This document shows, one piece after another, positions 43,734-54,100 of a DNA stretch of 64,000 bases (its first letter is position 1; each line of letters opens with the position of its first letter). The position numbers were made by a program, and so were the translations under genes. Under the pieces are notes generated by a model. It was not told the DNA's origin. It saw nothing but the letters and a program-made list of their open reading frames with translations, and ran no database searches. Source of the DNA: Patescibacteria group bacterium (lineage in GTDB: Bacteria; Patescibacteriota; Patescibacteriia; PEXW01); contig JBBTVB010000002.1 in the NCBI GenBank assembly GCA_038063455.1, positions 193,296-257,295 of the forward strand. The letters are read 5' to 3'.

Positions 43734-44393
43734 ATGGAAGGACAAGTATCGGGCCTAAAAAAGTTTTCCTCAACTAGGGCGGGCAAGTGGTCAATTGGTG
43801 CGGCAATTCTTTTTATCTTTGCATTGATTGGGAGCTTGTCAGGAAAAAACAATAACTCATCATCTACCCAGTCGAGTAGCCCACAAAATATCAACGTTAC
43901 ACAAACTAACGGGGCAAGCCAGCAGCCAGTAGAAACCCCTAAACAAATACTCGAGCAAAGACTCACGGCCGCAATAAAGCGTACTGGGAGCACAGATGTT
44001 AGTTACGGTGGCCTAAAAATTGAAAAATCTGATGTTGACAGGCCAGCAGATACGCAGATGATTACAGTGAACGTAGATATATCAAGTTTTTACAATAAAA
44101 ATGGTCTACTCAAAGACACGGGAAAATTGTCGTCTTCAATCTTCAGTCTTGTTTATGCAATCCCTAATATCAAAGCCTACGATGTTTTTGTAAATTACAA
44201 TGGTGAGATAACGGATAAATATGGGAACAAAAAAAATGACACGATTCTTGTGTACGCAATTGATCAGGCGACCTATAAGAAAGTAAATTGGCAAAACTTC
44301 GACCAATCTACTCTTTGTGATTTCCTAAACAACGAATCAAAGGGAACGGGAACATTCAATACAGCATGTAATGTCCTTACAAATATCCAATGA
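43734..44393 (+). CDS. membrane-anchored/secreted hypothetical protein
   Basis: AAGGAG lies 8 nt before the ATG. N-terminal hydrophobic helix, S/N/Q-rich linker and ~130-aa domain. AT-rich. Confidence 0.65.
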   Translation: MEGQVSGLKKFSSTRAGKWSIGAAILFIFALIGSLSGKNNNSSSTQSSSPQNINVTQTNGASQQPVETPKQILEQRLTAAIKRTGSTDVSYGGLKIEKSDVDRPADTQMITVNVDISSFYNKNGLLKDTGKLSSSIFSLVYAIPNIKAYDVFVNYNGEITDKYGNKKNDTILVYAIDQATYKKVNWQNFDQSTLCDFLNNESKGTGTFNTACNVLTNIQ

Positions 44394-44539
44394 CGATTGA
44401 GGAATGCAGAAAAGTAGACCCCAGTCTAAATAACCTACCAGATGAAGAGCTAGGTCGGATTATCGATAACCTCTACGGCCTAGCGGAGCTAGCGCTTGAT
44501 GTTTGGCTTATTGAGAAGTATAAAACTCCCCCTAGGTAG
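44390..44539 (+). CDS. possible 49-aa protein
   Basis: ATGA overlap with the previous stop. MTIEECRKVDPSLNNLPDEELGRIIDNLYGLAELALDVWLIEKYKTPPR. Below the track cutoff. Confidence 0.3.
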   Translation: MTIEECRKVDPSLNNLPDEELGRIIDNLYGLAELALDVWLIEKYKTPPR

Positions 44540-44700
44540 CTAGTGTATATCGCCCCCTCCAACTTGCCCCACAGTAGGCCGGATCAGAACGTCAACCAAG
44601 CTCCTAACTTGGCTTAAATAGGCCGAATCTTGTAATGCTTCGAGGAGAAGGGTCATATTGCTTCTGGAACTGCGACCCCACTGTGATGGTTGTACATATG

Positions 44701-44723
44701 ACGCGCCTAATCGGCGCGTTTTT
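44701..44723 (+). terminator. rho-independent terminator
   Basis: ACGCGCC-TAATC-GGCGCGT followed by TTTT. Confidence 0.6.
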
Positions 44724-44737
44724 GCTATCATACCTGC

Positions 44738-46339
44738 ATGTCTGAATTTGCCGTCCTACCACCGAGCGTCCGCAAGTTGCTCGCCACGCACCTAGAACCG
44801 CTGCCCAACCTGGAAGCGCTGCCGGGCGTGCCGCGCATCAAACTGAATGAGGCCATTGGTCGCATGGGCTATTTCTACGAAAAAATTCGCAACTCCATTG
44901 ACTTCCGCGACGAGCACCTGCTGCGCCGCTACGCCATTGAACGCATTTTACGTCGCCGGTATTTGGTAGAGAGCCGCACGCTTATTGATGCGCGGCTGCT
45001 GATTAACGAGCTCATCCGTGGCCGTTACTTGCCAAACGATGCGCTGCCTGCGTCCATTGTGGCCGTGGTGCAAAATTACATTGACCGCTACGTGGCGCTC
45101 ATGGACCACCTGCACCTAACCCGCACGTCTCCGGATGATCGACGAACCATTGGCTGGATAATAAGCGTGGCCTCGGCCGATGTGGAAGAACACCTGAGTC
45201 CGAGCACCCGCGAGGATGCATTGGTGGAAGTTATGTACGGCACGCTGCGTAACGACCTGATCCTGCCCGAGAATATTCCCTCTGGGCAAGAACAGGATAT
45301 TTTGGTCTACCTGGCAATCCACCGGGCAATCGTTAAAAGCGATGATGCCACCCTGCGCTACCACCTTTTCCGCTGGGCCTACCCGCAATGGCAGCACCCG
45401 AACCATGCTATTACCGAAGAAATTCGGGCGCACTTCCCGGCGCTGATGACACAAATTGAAGAGCGCATCCAGCACCCGCTCACCGAGCGGCTCCTGGGCA
45501 TTGCCCGCCGCTACGCCGTGCCCTTCCTGGCCTTGTCTGACGTGCTGAAAAAGCACGACGGGGATATTCGCGGGCTAATTGCGAATACCGCGCTTATGGA
45601 CGAGGCGGTGGAAGAGGCCATGAAGGTGCGTATCAAAAAGGCCAAAACCCGCCTGCGCCGCACCACTGTGCGCAGTGTCATTTACATCTTCATTACCAAA
45701 ATGATGCTAGCACTAGCCATTGAGTTGCCATACGAAGTGTTCGTGCTCAAGCTCAACCACTACACGCCCGTGCTGGTCAATGCCATTTTCCACCCAGTGC
45801 TCATGGTCTTTATTGGTGTGACGGCAATAGTGCCCGGCAAAGAGAACACGGCCAAAGTTGTGGAAGCAGTGAAAGAAATTCTCAACCCCCAGGCACCGCG
45901 CCAAGTGTTTGGAAAAAAATTGAAACCCCGCCCGCGCACCAACACGCGCTCGTTCTTCTTCAATTTCTTCTACTTTGTCTCTTTCGTCACCGTGTTCGGT
46001 GCGCTCATTTTGCTGCTCTCGAGCTTCGACTTTAATTGGCTCTCAATCACGCTCTTCCTCTTCTTCCTGTCGGTCATTAGCTTCTTCGGCATGCGCGTGC
46101 GCAACGTGATTCGGGAATTGACCATCATGGAGCGGCGCGAAAATATCTTCCTGCTCCTCTTGAGTTTCGTCTCCACGCCTATCCTGCGCGTGGGCCAGTG
46201 GTTTAGCAAAAAAGTACCTAAGGTCAACCTGTTCATCTTCCTGCTCGATTTTATTATCGAAGCCCCCTTCAAAATCTTCGTGGAAGTGGTGGAAGAGTGG
46301 TTTAGCTTCCTTAAAGAGAAGCGCGAAGAAATTAGCTAG
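44738..46339 (+). CDS. membrane protein, unknown function (long helical N-terminal region plus 4-5 C-terminal TM helices)
   Basis: 533 aa. ..GYFYEKIRNSIDFRDEHLLRRYAIERILRRR.. TATCAT -10 box 6 nt before the ATG. The architecture is reminiscent of transmembrane proteins annotated as 'site-specific recombinase', but this is unverified. Confidence 0.65.
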   Translation: MSEFAVLPPSVRKLLATHLEPLPNLEALPGVPRIKLNEAIGRMGYFYEKIRNSIDFRDEHLLRRYAIERILRRRYLVESRTLIDARLLINELIRGRYLPNDALPASIVAVVQNYIDRYVALMDHLHLTRTSPDDRRTIGWIISVASADVEEHLSPSTREDALVEVMYGTLRNDLILPENIPSGQEQDILVYLAIHRAIVKSDDATLRYHLFRWAYPQWQHPNHAITEEIRAHFPALMTQIEERIQHPLTERLLGIARRYAVPFLALSDVLKKHDGDIRGLIANTALMDEAVEEAMKVRIKKAKTRLRRTTVRSVIYIFITKMMLALAIELPYEVFVLKLNHYTPVLVNAIFHPVLMVFIGVTAIVPGKENTAKVVEAVKEILNPQAPRQVFGKKLKPRPRTNTRSFFFNFFYFVSFVTVFGALILLLSSFDFNWLSITLFLFFLSVISFFGMRVRNVIRELTIMERRENIFLLLLSFVSTPILRVGQWFSKKVPKVNLFIFLLDFIIEAPFKIFVEVVEEWFSFLKEKREEIS

Positions 46340-46353
46340 AGAAACCAGGCGAT

Positions 46354-46383
46354 TTGCGACGTGCAGCGGGTCTTTGCTATACT
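46354..46383 (+). promoter_or_regulatory. promoter TTGCGA-N18-TATACT
   Basis: Read directly upstream of the gene at 46412. Confidence 0.45.
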
Positions 46384-46411
46384 CCGCTGACCTCGCTCTA
46401 ACGCACACTCT

Positions 46412-47578
46412 ATGCGCAAAGCAACAGTTTCTCTCGGCCTCGGCGCACTTGCGCTGTCGGCGCTTATTGGCTTTGGCCAACCCGCCCACGCCGAAACAGT
46501 TTCAACCTCTGGCACCAGCTTTGTAACGGGGACGCTGACCGCCATGAGCGGCACCACCGTACCCGCAATTCTCACGGTGACGGCCGGGGCCACCACCTAC
46601 ACCGTGAATGTTGCCGCCGACACCAAGATTGTGCGGAAATATAACGGCCTTTCGGACCTGGGCGAATTCCTCGTCGGTGATACACTGGAAGTCCGCGGGG
46701 TCCTCTCCAATGACATTGCGAATACGCTGGCAGCGACGCGCATAAAAGATGTGTCTATCCAACGCGCTGGTGGCACGTTCAAGGGAAAAGTTGTTGCCAA
46801 AAACTGCGATGCAAATTACTTCACCTACAAACCGGACGGCCGCAGCCAGCAAACTGTGTACTTTACTACTGCCACCAAGTTTACTCGCGGCGGTGAAAAA
46901 ATCGGCTGCACCAGCTTGGTCGTCAACGAACGCGCCAAGGTCATTGGCCTGTGGCGCAAAGCCAGCAGCCGCATTGACGCCGACCGGGTTATTGTGGATA
47001 TGCGAACCGTAAGCGGCACAATCTCCGCCATCACGCTTACCGAAGGCGGGCTGCCGGCAACTATTACCATTGACCGCAAGGTAAAAGTGAAGGCAGCGGG
47101 TTTCCGCATGAGCACGTCGGAGAGCGAATCGCTGACCACAACCGAAACCTGGACCATTAACGTAACCAGTGCCACCAAGCTCTTCCGCCACTATCTTAAA
47201 GCCGCCACCATTGATGAGTTCCTGGTGGGTGACAAGCTGGAAGCGCGCGGCACCCTGGCCGGTGACAACACCTTGAATGCCAAGTGGGTGCGTAATTCCT
47301 CGCTCACCATTAAGTACGGTGATTTCCAGGGGACGGTGGTTTCGGTGGATGCCACCGCCAAAACGTTCGTCTTTCGAATTAACGGCAAGGTCAGCGGCAA
47401 GCACTTTGGCGATGTGACCGTAAACGTCACCGATGCCACGAAATACGTAGATGAAAATGGCCTCCGCGCATTCACGGATGTGAGTGCGGGCGACAAACTC
47501 AAAGTATTAGGAACCTACACCACCAACACCAAGAAGCTAGCTGCCACGCGCATCTTCTTCAAAGAGGCGCAAGAGTAA
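46412..47578 (+). CDS. secreted protein built from DUF5666-like repeats
   Basis: Signal peptide ending in ..PAHAE. Recurrent units: T(K/R)..R......L.EFLVGD.LEVRG.. (DLGEFLVGDTLEVRG; IDEFLVGDKLEARG; DVSAGDKLKVLG; VVNERAKVIG). Confidence 0.7.
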   Translation: MRKATVSLGLGALALSALIGFGQPAHAETVSTSGTSFVTGTLTAMSGTTVPAILTVTAGATTYTVNVAADTKIVRKYNGLSDLGEFLVGDTLEVRGVLSNDIANTLAATRIKDVSIQRAGGTFKGKVVAKNCDANYFTYKPDGRSQQTVYFTTATKFTRGGEKIGCTSLVVNERAKVIGLWRKASSRIDADRVIVDMRTVSGTISAITLTEGGLPATITIDRKVKVKAAGFRMSTSESESLTTTETWTINVTSATKLFRHYLKAATIDEFLVGDKLEARGTLAGDNTLNAKWVRNSSLTIKYGDFQGTVVSVDATAKTFVFRINGKVSGKHFGDVTVNVTDATKYVDENGLRAFTDVSAGDKLKVLGTYTTNTKKLAATRIFFKEAQE

Positions 47579-47848
47579 AATTGCTGTTCGAGTTGCAGTT
47601 AAAGAGCGGCTCATTGTGAGCTGCTCTTTACAATTATCCAAGTTGACAAAAACCCAAGATATTCTAAGGTAGGGTACCTGTCTACGGTTAACCCGGGAAG
47701 ATGGTACCTGCTCATTAACAACGAAATAAAGAACGTGTATAACCTTACGGGCCGCCCTGCCCAACATGCTTACTCTGAATAAGAGTAGGAAGTCAGCTAA
47801 CGCTGGCCGAGCAGGGTGGGCATAACACCCCTGGCTCGAGGAGGACTC

Positions 47849-50617
47849 ATGGCAAATACATACTTGCCTATTTCGCAGTATCGAGAAGAGATAGTGGCTA
47901 CGGTAAAAGAAAATCCAGTGGTCATTATTACCGCCGCAACTGGTGCGGGAAAGTCCACTCAAGTACCACAATTCTTACTAGCAAGTGGCCATACCATTCT
48001 GGTAACGGAACCACGGCGACTTGCCGCCAGGACTGTAGCCCAACGTGTTGCTGAAGAATACAACGTACAGCTAGGAACCAATGTAGGATACCGAACTTCA
48101 TTAGAACGACAAGACGGCCCGGCAACACAGTGTCTATTCTGTACTGATGGACTAGCCCTTGTGCGTGAGCTCATGGGCTATGGGAATCGAGATATTCTTG
48201 TGATTGATGAAGCACACGAATGGAACATGAATATCGAGATACTGGTGGCGTGGTCGAGATGGCAAATCGCAAAAGGCGCAAAATTCAAAGTCATCATCAT
48301 GAGCGCCACAATGGATACAGCGCGTTTATCAGAATACTTTGAAGGTGCGCCGATTATTGTTGTGCCGGGAAAACAGTTCGTTACCGAAGAAGAAAACGCA
48401 TACACGTCACTAAATGAGGATGTACGTCGTTTGCTTATACAAGGACGAAACGTATTGGTATTTCAACCTGGCAAGGCAGAGATTAGAGAAACCGTCGACT
48501 ACGTTGGCGCCTTAGCTGATGTATCGGCCGTAGTTTTGCCGCTTCATGGAGACCTTTCGCCACAAGAGCAAGCACTATGCTTTGCTCGGTATACCCAACC
48601 AAAGTGTATTGTTGCAACCAATGTAGCGCAAACCAGCATAACCATTGATGACATTGATGCAGTTGTCGATTCTGGCCTAGAACGTCGGACCGAGTGGGTG
48701 AATGGTGTAGAAGGCCTCTACCTACGACCCATCTCACTAGCGGACCGTGAGCAAAGAAAAGGACGAGCCGGCCGAACCCGGCCCGGCGTGTACATTGACC
48801 ACTGCTCCGCGCAAACTCGCCCAGCCTATCCCGTGCCAGAAATCATGCGAAGCCGTCTTGATCAAACAGTACTCCGGTTGTTACGAGTCGGTATTGACAT
48901 AGAAGAACTGGAGTGTTTTCACCAACCACCTAAGAAAGAAATTCAGGAAGCCAAACGTATGCTGCGGGCGCTCGGTTGCCTTGGCGAGCGAGACGAAGTG
49001 ACTGCCATTGGCGAGCGAGTAGCTTTCCTATCGGTATCCGTACCCTATGCACGGATGATTATTGAGGCGGAGAGCCTGGGCGTCGTAGATGACATCATCA
49101 CCATTGCAGCCATACTCGAGGAGGGAGGTATGATTACTCGTGGAACTGGGCGTGGTTGGCGGTCGGCCTGGAGTAACGCCATACGTGCTGATAGCGAATC
49201 GGACCTACTAGCACAGTTGAGCATTTTTAAAAAAGCTCACAACTACGATGTGGACCAATTAAAAATGCGTCATATCCGAATACAATCATACAGGCGTGTG
49301 CAAGAAATACGGCGTCGGCTATGTGCCTCCTTGAAAAACTCTCTTGGCACTCTTAGCTCCACCGGGAATAAAACGAATATCATTCGAGCAATCTGTGCAG
49401 GGATGGTAGATCACCTCTACTTTCGTGAATCACAGAGATTCTTTGTGGATAGTGATGGGCAACGACGAGAGCTAGCCCATGAGAGCCTCTTGATGCGTGA
49501 GAGCCCCGAGTGGATCGTGGGTTTACCGAAAGACATTGAACCAAGAAATGGCCCAAGGTCTTCGGTGCGGCGCATAATCCAGCTAGCTACCAAAGTCGAT
49601 CCAATGGTGCTCATGGATGTAGCGCCGCAGCTTATTCGAAGAACGCAGAATGACCACCCAGTGTACGATCCGCAGCATGATGCCACGATTCTACAAAGCC
49701 TTGTTCACTTTAATGACCAACTCATTAGCACAGAGGTCAAGTTGGAACGAGATCATCCTGATGGAACAGCCACACTGGCGACCTGGTTAGCGCAGGTTAC
49801 CATGGGGGGCGAAAAAACCTTGTGTACGGTGTCACGGCCATCCCTGCAAGCTGTTCTTGCGGCTAACCAGGATTGTCATCGTTTAGCCATTAGGTTCATT
49901 GCTGGCTCCCCCACGCGCCCGGTCATTGTTCCATACACTCATCGTCAGTGGAAAGCCTGGTACGAGTACTGTTTAAAAGGTGCTAGCCGCCTAGCCGAAG
50001 TCGCTAGCTATAAGCTGCTGCGATATGAGTATGATCACCAAGAATTAGAGCAGCCTAGCGACAAGCATACTGTCGAGTACACGCGAACAGCAATCAGCAC
50101 GCTGTTGCAAAGTTCTAATGATCAAGAAAAAGGCGCTAACGCTTTTGCAGTGCATGCATTGGAGCAGCTTCAAAAACGAACGCAATCAAATCCAACGTAT
50201 TCACCAAGCGAAGCGTTGTGTTGGCTAGCGGTTGTTGGGAAAACAGTAACAAGACGCCATAGCAATGGTCGCGGTGAACCATCAGAGTGGCACATCACGC
50301 TCCTTGCAGGTGAGGACACGCAGAGTTGGCGCTTGTCTCTTGCCTCATCGGCAAAGGCTTGCCGAAAAAACACAGATGAAGCGCTCATAAGTCTTCTACC
50401 AGCAGCTATACATGCCGCATGTGCAATACCGAAACAAAACCCATGGTGGATTTTGTTAAACGCTGAACTATGGATTCTTAGCGTTGAAGGACTAGCTCTA
50501 AAGAAAAAAATTGAAGAATTAAAAAAGGAGAGTGTGTTTAAGCTAAATATCCGTAACGTTCGAGAGCGTCTTGCCAACATTATGCAAGCAACGGCTACGT
50601 ACGGTTACGCTGACTAG
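47849..50617 (+). CDS. DEAH-box helicase, HrpA/HrpB-like, with a ~450-aa C-terminal region of unknown function
   Basis: GAGGAGGA SD before the ATG at 47849. Motif I TGAGKST, motif II VIDEAHEW, motif III MSATMD, motif VI QRKGRAGRTRPG. Confidence 0.85.
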   Translation: MANTYLPISQYREEIVATVKENPVVIITAATGAGKSTQVPQFLLASGHTILVTEPRRLAARTVAQRVAEEYNVQLGTNVGYRTSLERQDGPATQCLFCTDGLALVRELMGYGNRDILVIDEAHEWNMNIEILVAWSRWQIAKGAKFKVIIMSATMDTARLSEYFEGAPIIVVPGKQFVTEEENAYTSLNEDVRRLLIQGRNVLVFQPGKAEIRETVDYVGALADVSAVVLPLHGDLSPQEQALCFARYTQPKCIVATNVAQTSITIDDIDAVVDSGLERRTEWVNGVEGLYLRPISLADREQRKGRAGRTRPGVYIDHCSAQTRPAYPVPEIMRSRLDQTVLRLLRVGIDIEELECFHQPPKKEIQEAKRMLRALGCLGERDEVTAIGERVAFLSVSVPYARMIIEAESLGVVDDIITIAAILEEGGMITRGTGRGWRSAWSNAIRADSESDLLAQLSIFKKAHNYDVDQLKMRHIRIQSYRRVQEIRRRLCASLKNSLGTLSSTGNKTNIIRAICAGMVDHLYFRESQRFFVDSDGQRRELAHESLLMRESPEWIVGLPKDIEPRNGPRSSVRRIIQLATKVDPMVLMDVAPQLIRRTQNDHPVYDPQHDATILQSLVHFNDQLISTEVKLERDHPDGTATLATWLAQVTMGGEKTLCTVSRPSLQAVLAANQDCHRLAIRFIAGSPTRPVIVPYTHRQWKAWYEYCLKGASRLAEVASYKLLRYEYDHQELEQPSDKHTVEYTRTAISTLLQSSNDQEKGANAFAVHALEQLQKRTQSNPTYSPSEALCWLAVVGKTVTRRHSNGRGEPSEWHITLLAGEDTQSWRLSLASSAKACRKNTDEALISLLPAAIHAACAIPKQNPWWILLNAELWILSVEGLALKKKIEELKKESVFKLNIRNVRERLANIMQATATYGYAD

Positions 50618-50845
50618 TCACATTAAAATACACAATGTACTACAAACAAGGCAGTGGAATATAACCACTGTCTTTTTATTTTGTTGCCACTAAAACACCA
50701 AGAGGTGGCTGTCAACAGTCGCTTCTTTGCTTACAGGCTAGAATTGCAAAAAAGACACTACTGACGTGTTTAGAACTCCCACACAAAAAATGCGGACAGA
50801 GCATAGGCTACTGTCCGCAATGCATCTGATTTTCGGGTGAGGGAG

Positions 50846-50992
50846 CTATTTCGGGTCGACTGGCGTAACTCTGCGAGTTTTTTGATTGCCCTTGTGATTC
50901 AAGGGTATTTTCGGAGCATTACCGAAGTGAACAGCAAGGATGCTCTCGACAACTGACAAGTTAATTTTTGGTTTTTTGCTTTTGACCGACAT
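50846..50992 (-). CDS. possible 48-aa basic protein
   Basis: AGGAGG lies 6 nt before the ATG. MSVKSKKPKINLSVVESILAVHFGNAPKIPLNHKGNQKTRRVTPVDPK. Below the track cutoff. Confidence 0.4.
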   Translation of the reverse strand: MSVKSKKPKINLSVVESILAVHFGNAPKIPLNHKGNQKTRRVTPVDPK

Positions 50993-51070
50993 GTTTACCT
51001 CCTTTCTATTACTAGTACATCAGACAATCTCTTCACGGTCAAGCAACGTACCGGCCGCTTACCATAAACA

Positions 51071-51100
51071 GGCTAAGCGCGCCCTAGGACACGCTTAGCC
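51071..51100 (-). terminator. 9-bp stem hairpin downstream of the 1031-aa gene
   Basis: GGCTAAGCG-N12-CGCTTAGCC. Confidence 0.5.
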
Positions 51101-51144
51101 AATCAAGTCCACTACATTTTACAAATCGGGATAGGCGGGAATGT

Positions 51145-54100
51145 TTACCGCGGAATCAGCCGCACCACACTGGCGCCCAACACCCGGCCTTTGCTGTAAA
51201 TAATTTTTTTGATGGTCTGGCGGCCGTCACCGTTGGTAATGGTCATGTCATAGCCGGCATTCTTAAGCTTGCTCGTCGGTACGGTAACAAGCAGGCTCTT
51301 GGCACTCTTGACCTGCACCTTCGTAGCACCCACGGTACCGACTTTCGCGGTCACTTTCCCGCTAAAATTGGTTCCCGTTACTTCCAGCACCATGCTGCTA
51401 CCGGATTTGCTCTTGTACTTTACGCTGCTTACCGTCGGCTTTTTCTTGGCAGTGCCGGTAACGGAAAACTTCGTAAGGTGCGTGGTGGTGAGCGTAGCGG
51501 TGTTGTCTTTCACATCGACCAAGCCAGTGGCGCCGTCGGTAGACCAGGTTTCGGTCTGCGGGTCCCAAAACTTGGTGGCCAAACCCTTTTCGCGCAAACC
51601 GCTATTGACTACCGACGCATCGGAATAGGGCAAAGTTATGGTTGCAGGTTGATCCAAATTCTTTTTCTCGCGGCCATCAGGGTCGATTGCTTTCACTTCA
51701 TAGGCCAGCGAGGCCGGCCGGTCCAAAGAGGTTGGGTCGATATCCACCGTGGGGGTAACCGTAACCGAAACGTTCCCGCTAATGCCCAGGGCGAAAGGAG
51801 GAATCGACACGCTCGTCCCATCGGCCAAACCAATCGTCAGGCTGTCATCTGCGCTGGCAGACTTGGTAACCGGGCCAGGAATGGTTATGCCGGTGTCTTT
51901 CAGGGTCAAGTTGACGGTGTTGCTGCCAGCTTTGGGGGTTACTTCGGTGGTTTCGCTAGAAGTGAGTTTTGCGCCAGAAATATCGGTCACGACCACATTC
52001 CACTTTTCTCCGCTGGTAACGCTCAGGCTGTAGGTGCCGTTTGCAGCAACGGCGCCAGTCACTTGCGAGCCGTCATTAGAATAGGCTGTTACGGTGCCGC
52101 CTTTTTCGGTTTTGGTTCCAAACTTTACCGTACCTTTGAGGGTGGCGTTCGTGGCTTCAAATTTGAAGTTGGCGGTTGTGCTGGTGCTGCCAGAAATTTT
52201 GACCGACTTCCCGTCTGGCGGCAGCTGGGTTTCGGCCACCGACGGCGTTTCGCCCACGGTCACCAAGAAGGTACCGTCCGGAACCTTGGCGGTGTACACG
52301 CCGCTCGCATTGGTTTCTACGGTCACGGTAACAATGTCGTTCGGATTTGTGGCTGCAGTGTTTTCTAGAGTCGAACGGTTGTCCAGGGTAACGAGCGCCT
52401 GCTGCACTGCGGTACCGGCGGCATTCGTGACCGTGCCGGTAACCGTATTGTTGCCCTTCAAGACGGTAATATTCTTACTCACGGTTTGGCCAGCCGCAAC
52501 CGTCACACTGTTTTGGCCAGCCGGGCGGTTGAGCAGTGCAGCGGTGAGTTCGGGGTTTTCAATATCATAGTCATAGAGCCACGTACCGGCCGCCAAGGGC
52601 AGGCTGTACGTGCCATCTGCCGCTACCGTGGTGCTCGTAAAGTTGCCATCGGCATCCAGGGCAACCACTTGCACATCGGAACCGGGACTGGTAACAGTTG
52701 TGCCATCTTTAAGCTTCAGCGCACCGCTCATGACAGCATCGTAGGCCCGCAAGGTCAAATTTTGCGTAGCTGTGCTCCCAGTAATGGTTACCTGCTTTTC
52801 CGCGCCACCGGCGAAGTCTGCGCCGGGTGCAGCTTGGGCCCCCACAATAACTTTCGTGCCGGTGAGTTCTGCCGAGGAATATTCAATGGTAAATGCGCCG
52901 TCCACCACGGGGGCCGAAACACGCACTTTATTGTTCGACGTGCGAACATACGCACTGCCCACAAAGTCGGTCACTTTGGTGCCGCTGCTATTTACCACAT
53001 TGCCGGTAATGGTGCGGTCTATAGTCTTCATCTGGATATTCAAACCGCTCACGGTTTGACCATTGGTCACCGTGGCGGTGGCCGGCATCACCTGCGAGTA
53101 CTGCGATTTGCCGCTCGGTGCGTTCAAGCCAATGGCCCACGTGCCGGCACCCACAGTAAAGTCAAAATTGCCACTCGGATCGGTATTGCCAGTAACCCGT
53201 TCGCTCCCGCCTTCCCGCACGGCGAGCAATGAAACATTACCGAGTGCTGCGCCAGCGGTGTTCGTGACTTTACCTTTCAGGTGCCCGCTGTTCACTTGCG
53301 CCTGTACGGTGCCCAAATCTACCACGCCATTTTCCGTCATGACAAAAGTGGTTGCCGCCGGGTCGAAAGATTTGCCGTTGAGGTCGCTATGGAATGCGGA
53401 AATGGAATAAATGCCCGGCGTTAAGTACACGCTCAAACCGGAATCGGCTTGGCGCACTTTGCGCATGGTGCCTACCCCATCGGTCCGACGGAAATTAATG
53501 TCGGCCACAAAATTGCTGCTGGTGAGTTTGCTCCCATCGCTGTTCAGCAGAATGACGCTCACCTTCCCGGTAGCACGCGTAACCACGAAGTCCAACGTTT
53601 GCGATTCGACTGTCGTGTCGTTTGCAAAGTCGACGCGCGTCGGCGGGACTTCGGATATCCAGGTGGGGGTGTATTCGGAAAGATTTACTACAGGCTGCGC
53701 AAACCACGTGCCGCCAACCATGGTGGCGGTGTACACGCCACTGCCATTGGTGCGGACATTGGAGAGTCGGCTGGCGCCCGTAATGTTGTACGGATCGATG
53801 TTAATGTCCGCATCGGTAATAAGATTGCCCAGATTATCCCGCACGGTGCCAGTTATGGTCTTGGTAGTTTGCACGAACTGAAAATTGACCGCGGTTTGAG
53901 ACACGCCGGCATAGGTAAAGTTGACCGACCCGTTGCCGGACCGATTGTATCCGTTTGGGGTGCGCGCTTCGACAACGTAGGGCGTACCATTGATGAGGTC
54001 ATTATCAAAGTGGTACGTACCATCTGCTGTTGTGGTCGTGCTGAAACTAGTGTTGCCGTCGGGGGTGTGCAATTCCATAGAGACACCGCTCAACGGGGTG

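Larger units (their letters stand above)
37998..44725. mobile_element. putative integrated element at tRNA-His (serine integrase, Xis-like HTH, replication-organizer-like, DUF5659, unknown cargo); boundaries approximate
   Basis: Visibly AT-richer than the flanks. Integrase abuts the tRNA-His 3' end. Genes are SD-led, unlike many neighbouring leaderless genes. No att repeat was identified. Confidence 0.55.

Noticed and set aside
44540-44731. 63-aa minus-strand ORF at the right edge of the AT-rich element.
   Set aside because: It has no RBS or promoter, spans a plus-strand terminator hairpin (44701-44723) and the -10 box of the next gene, and has no motif.
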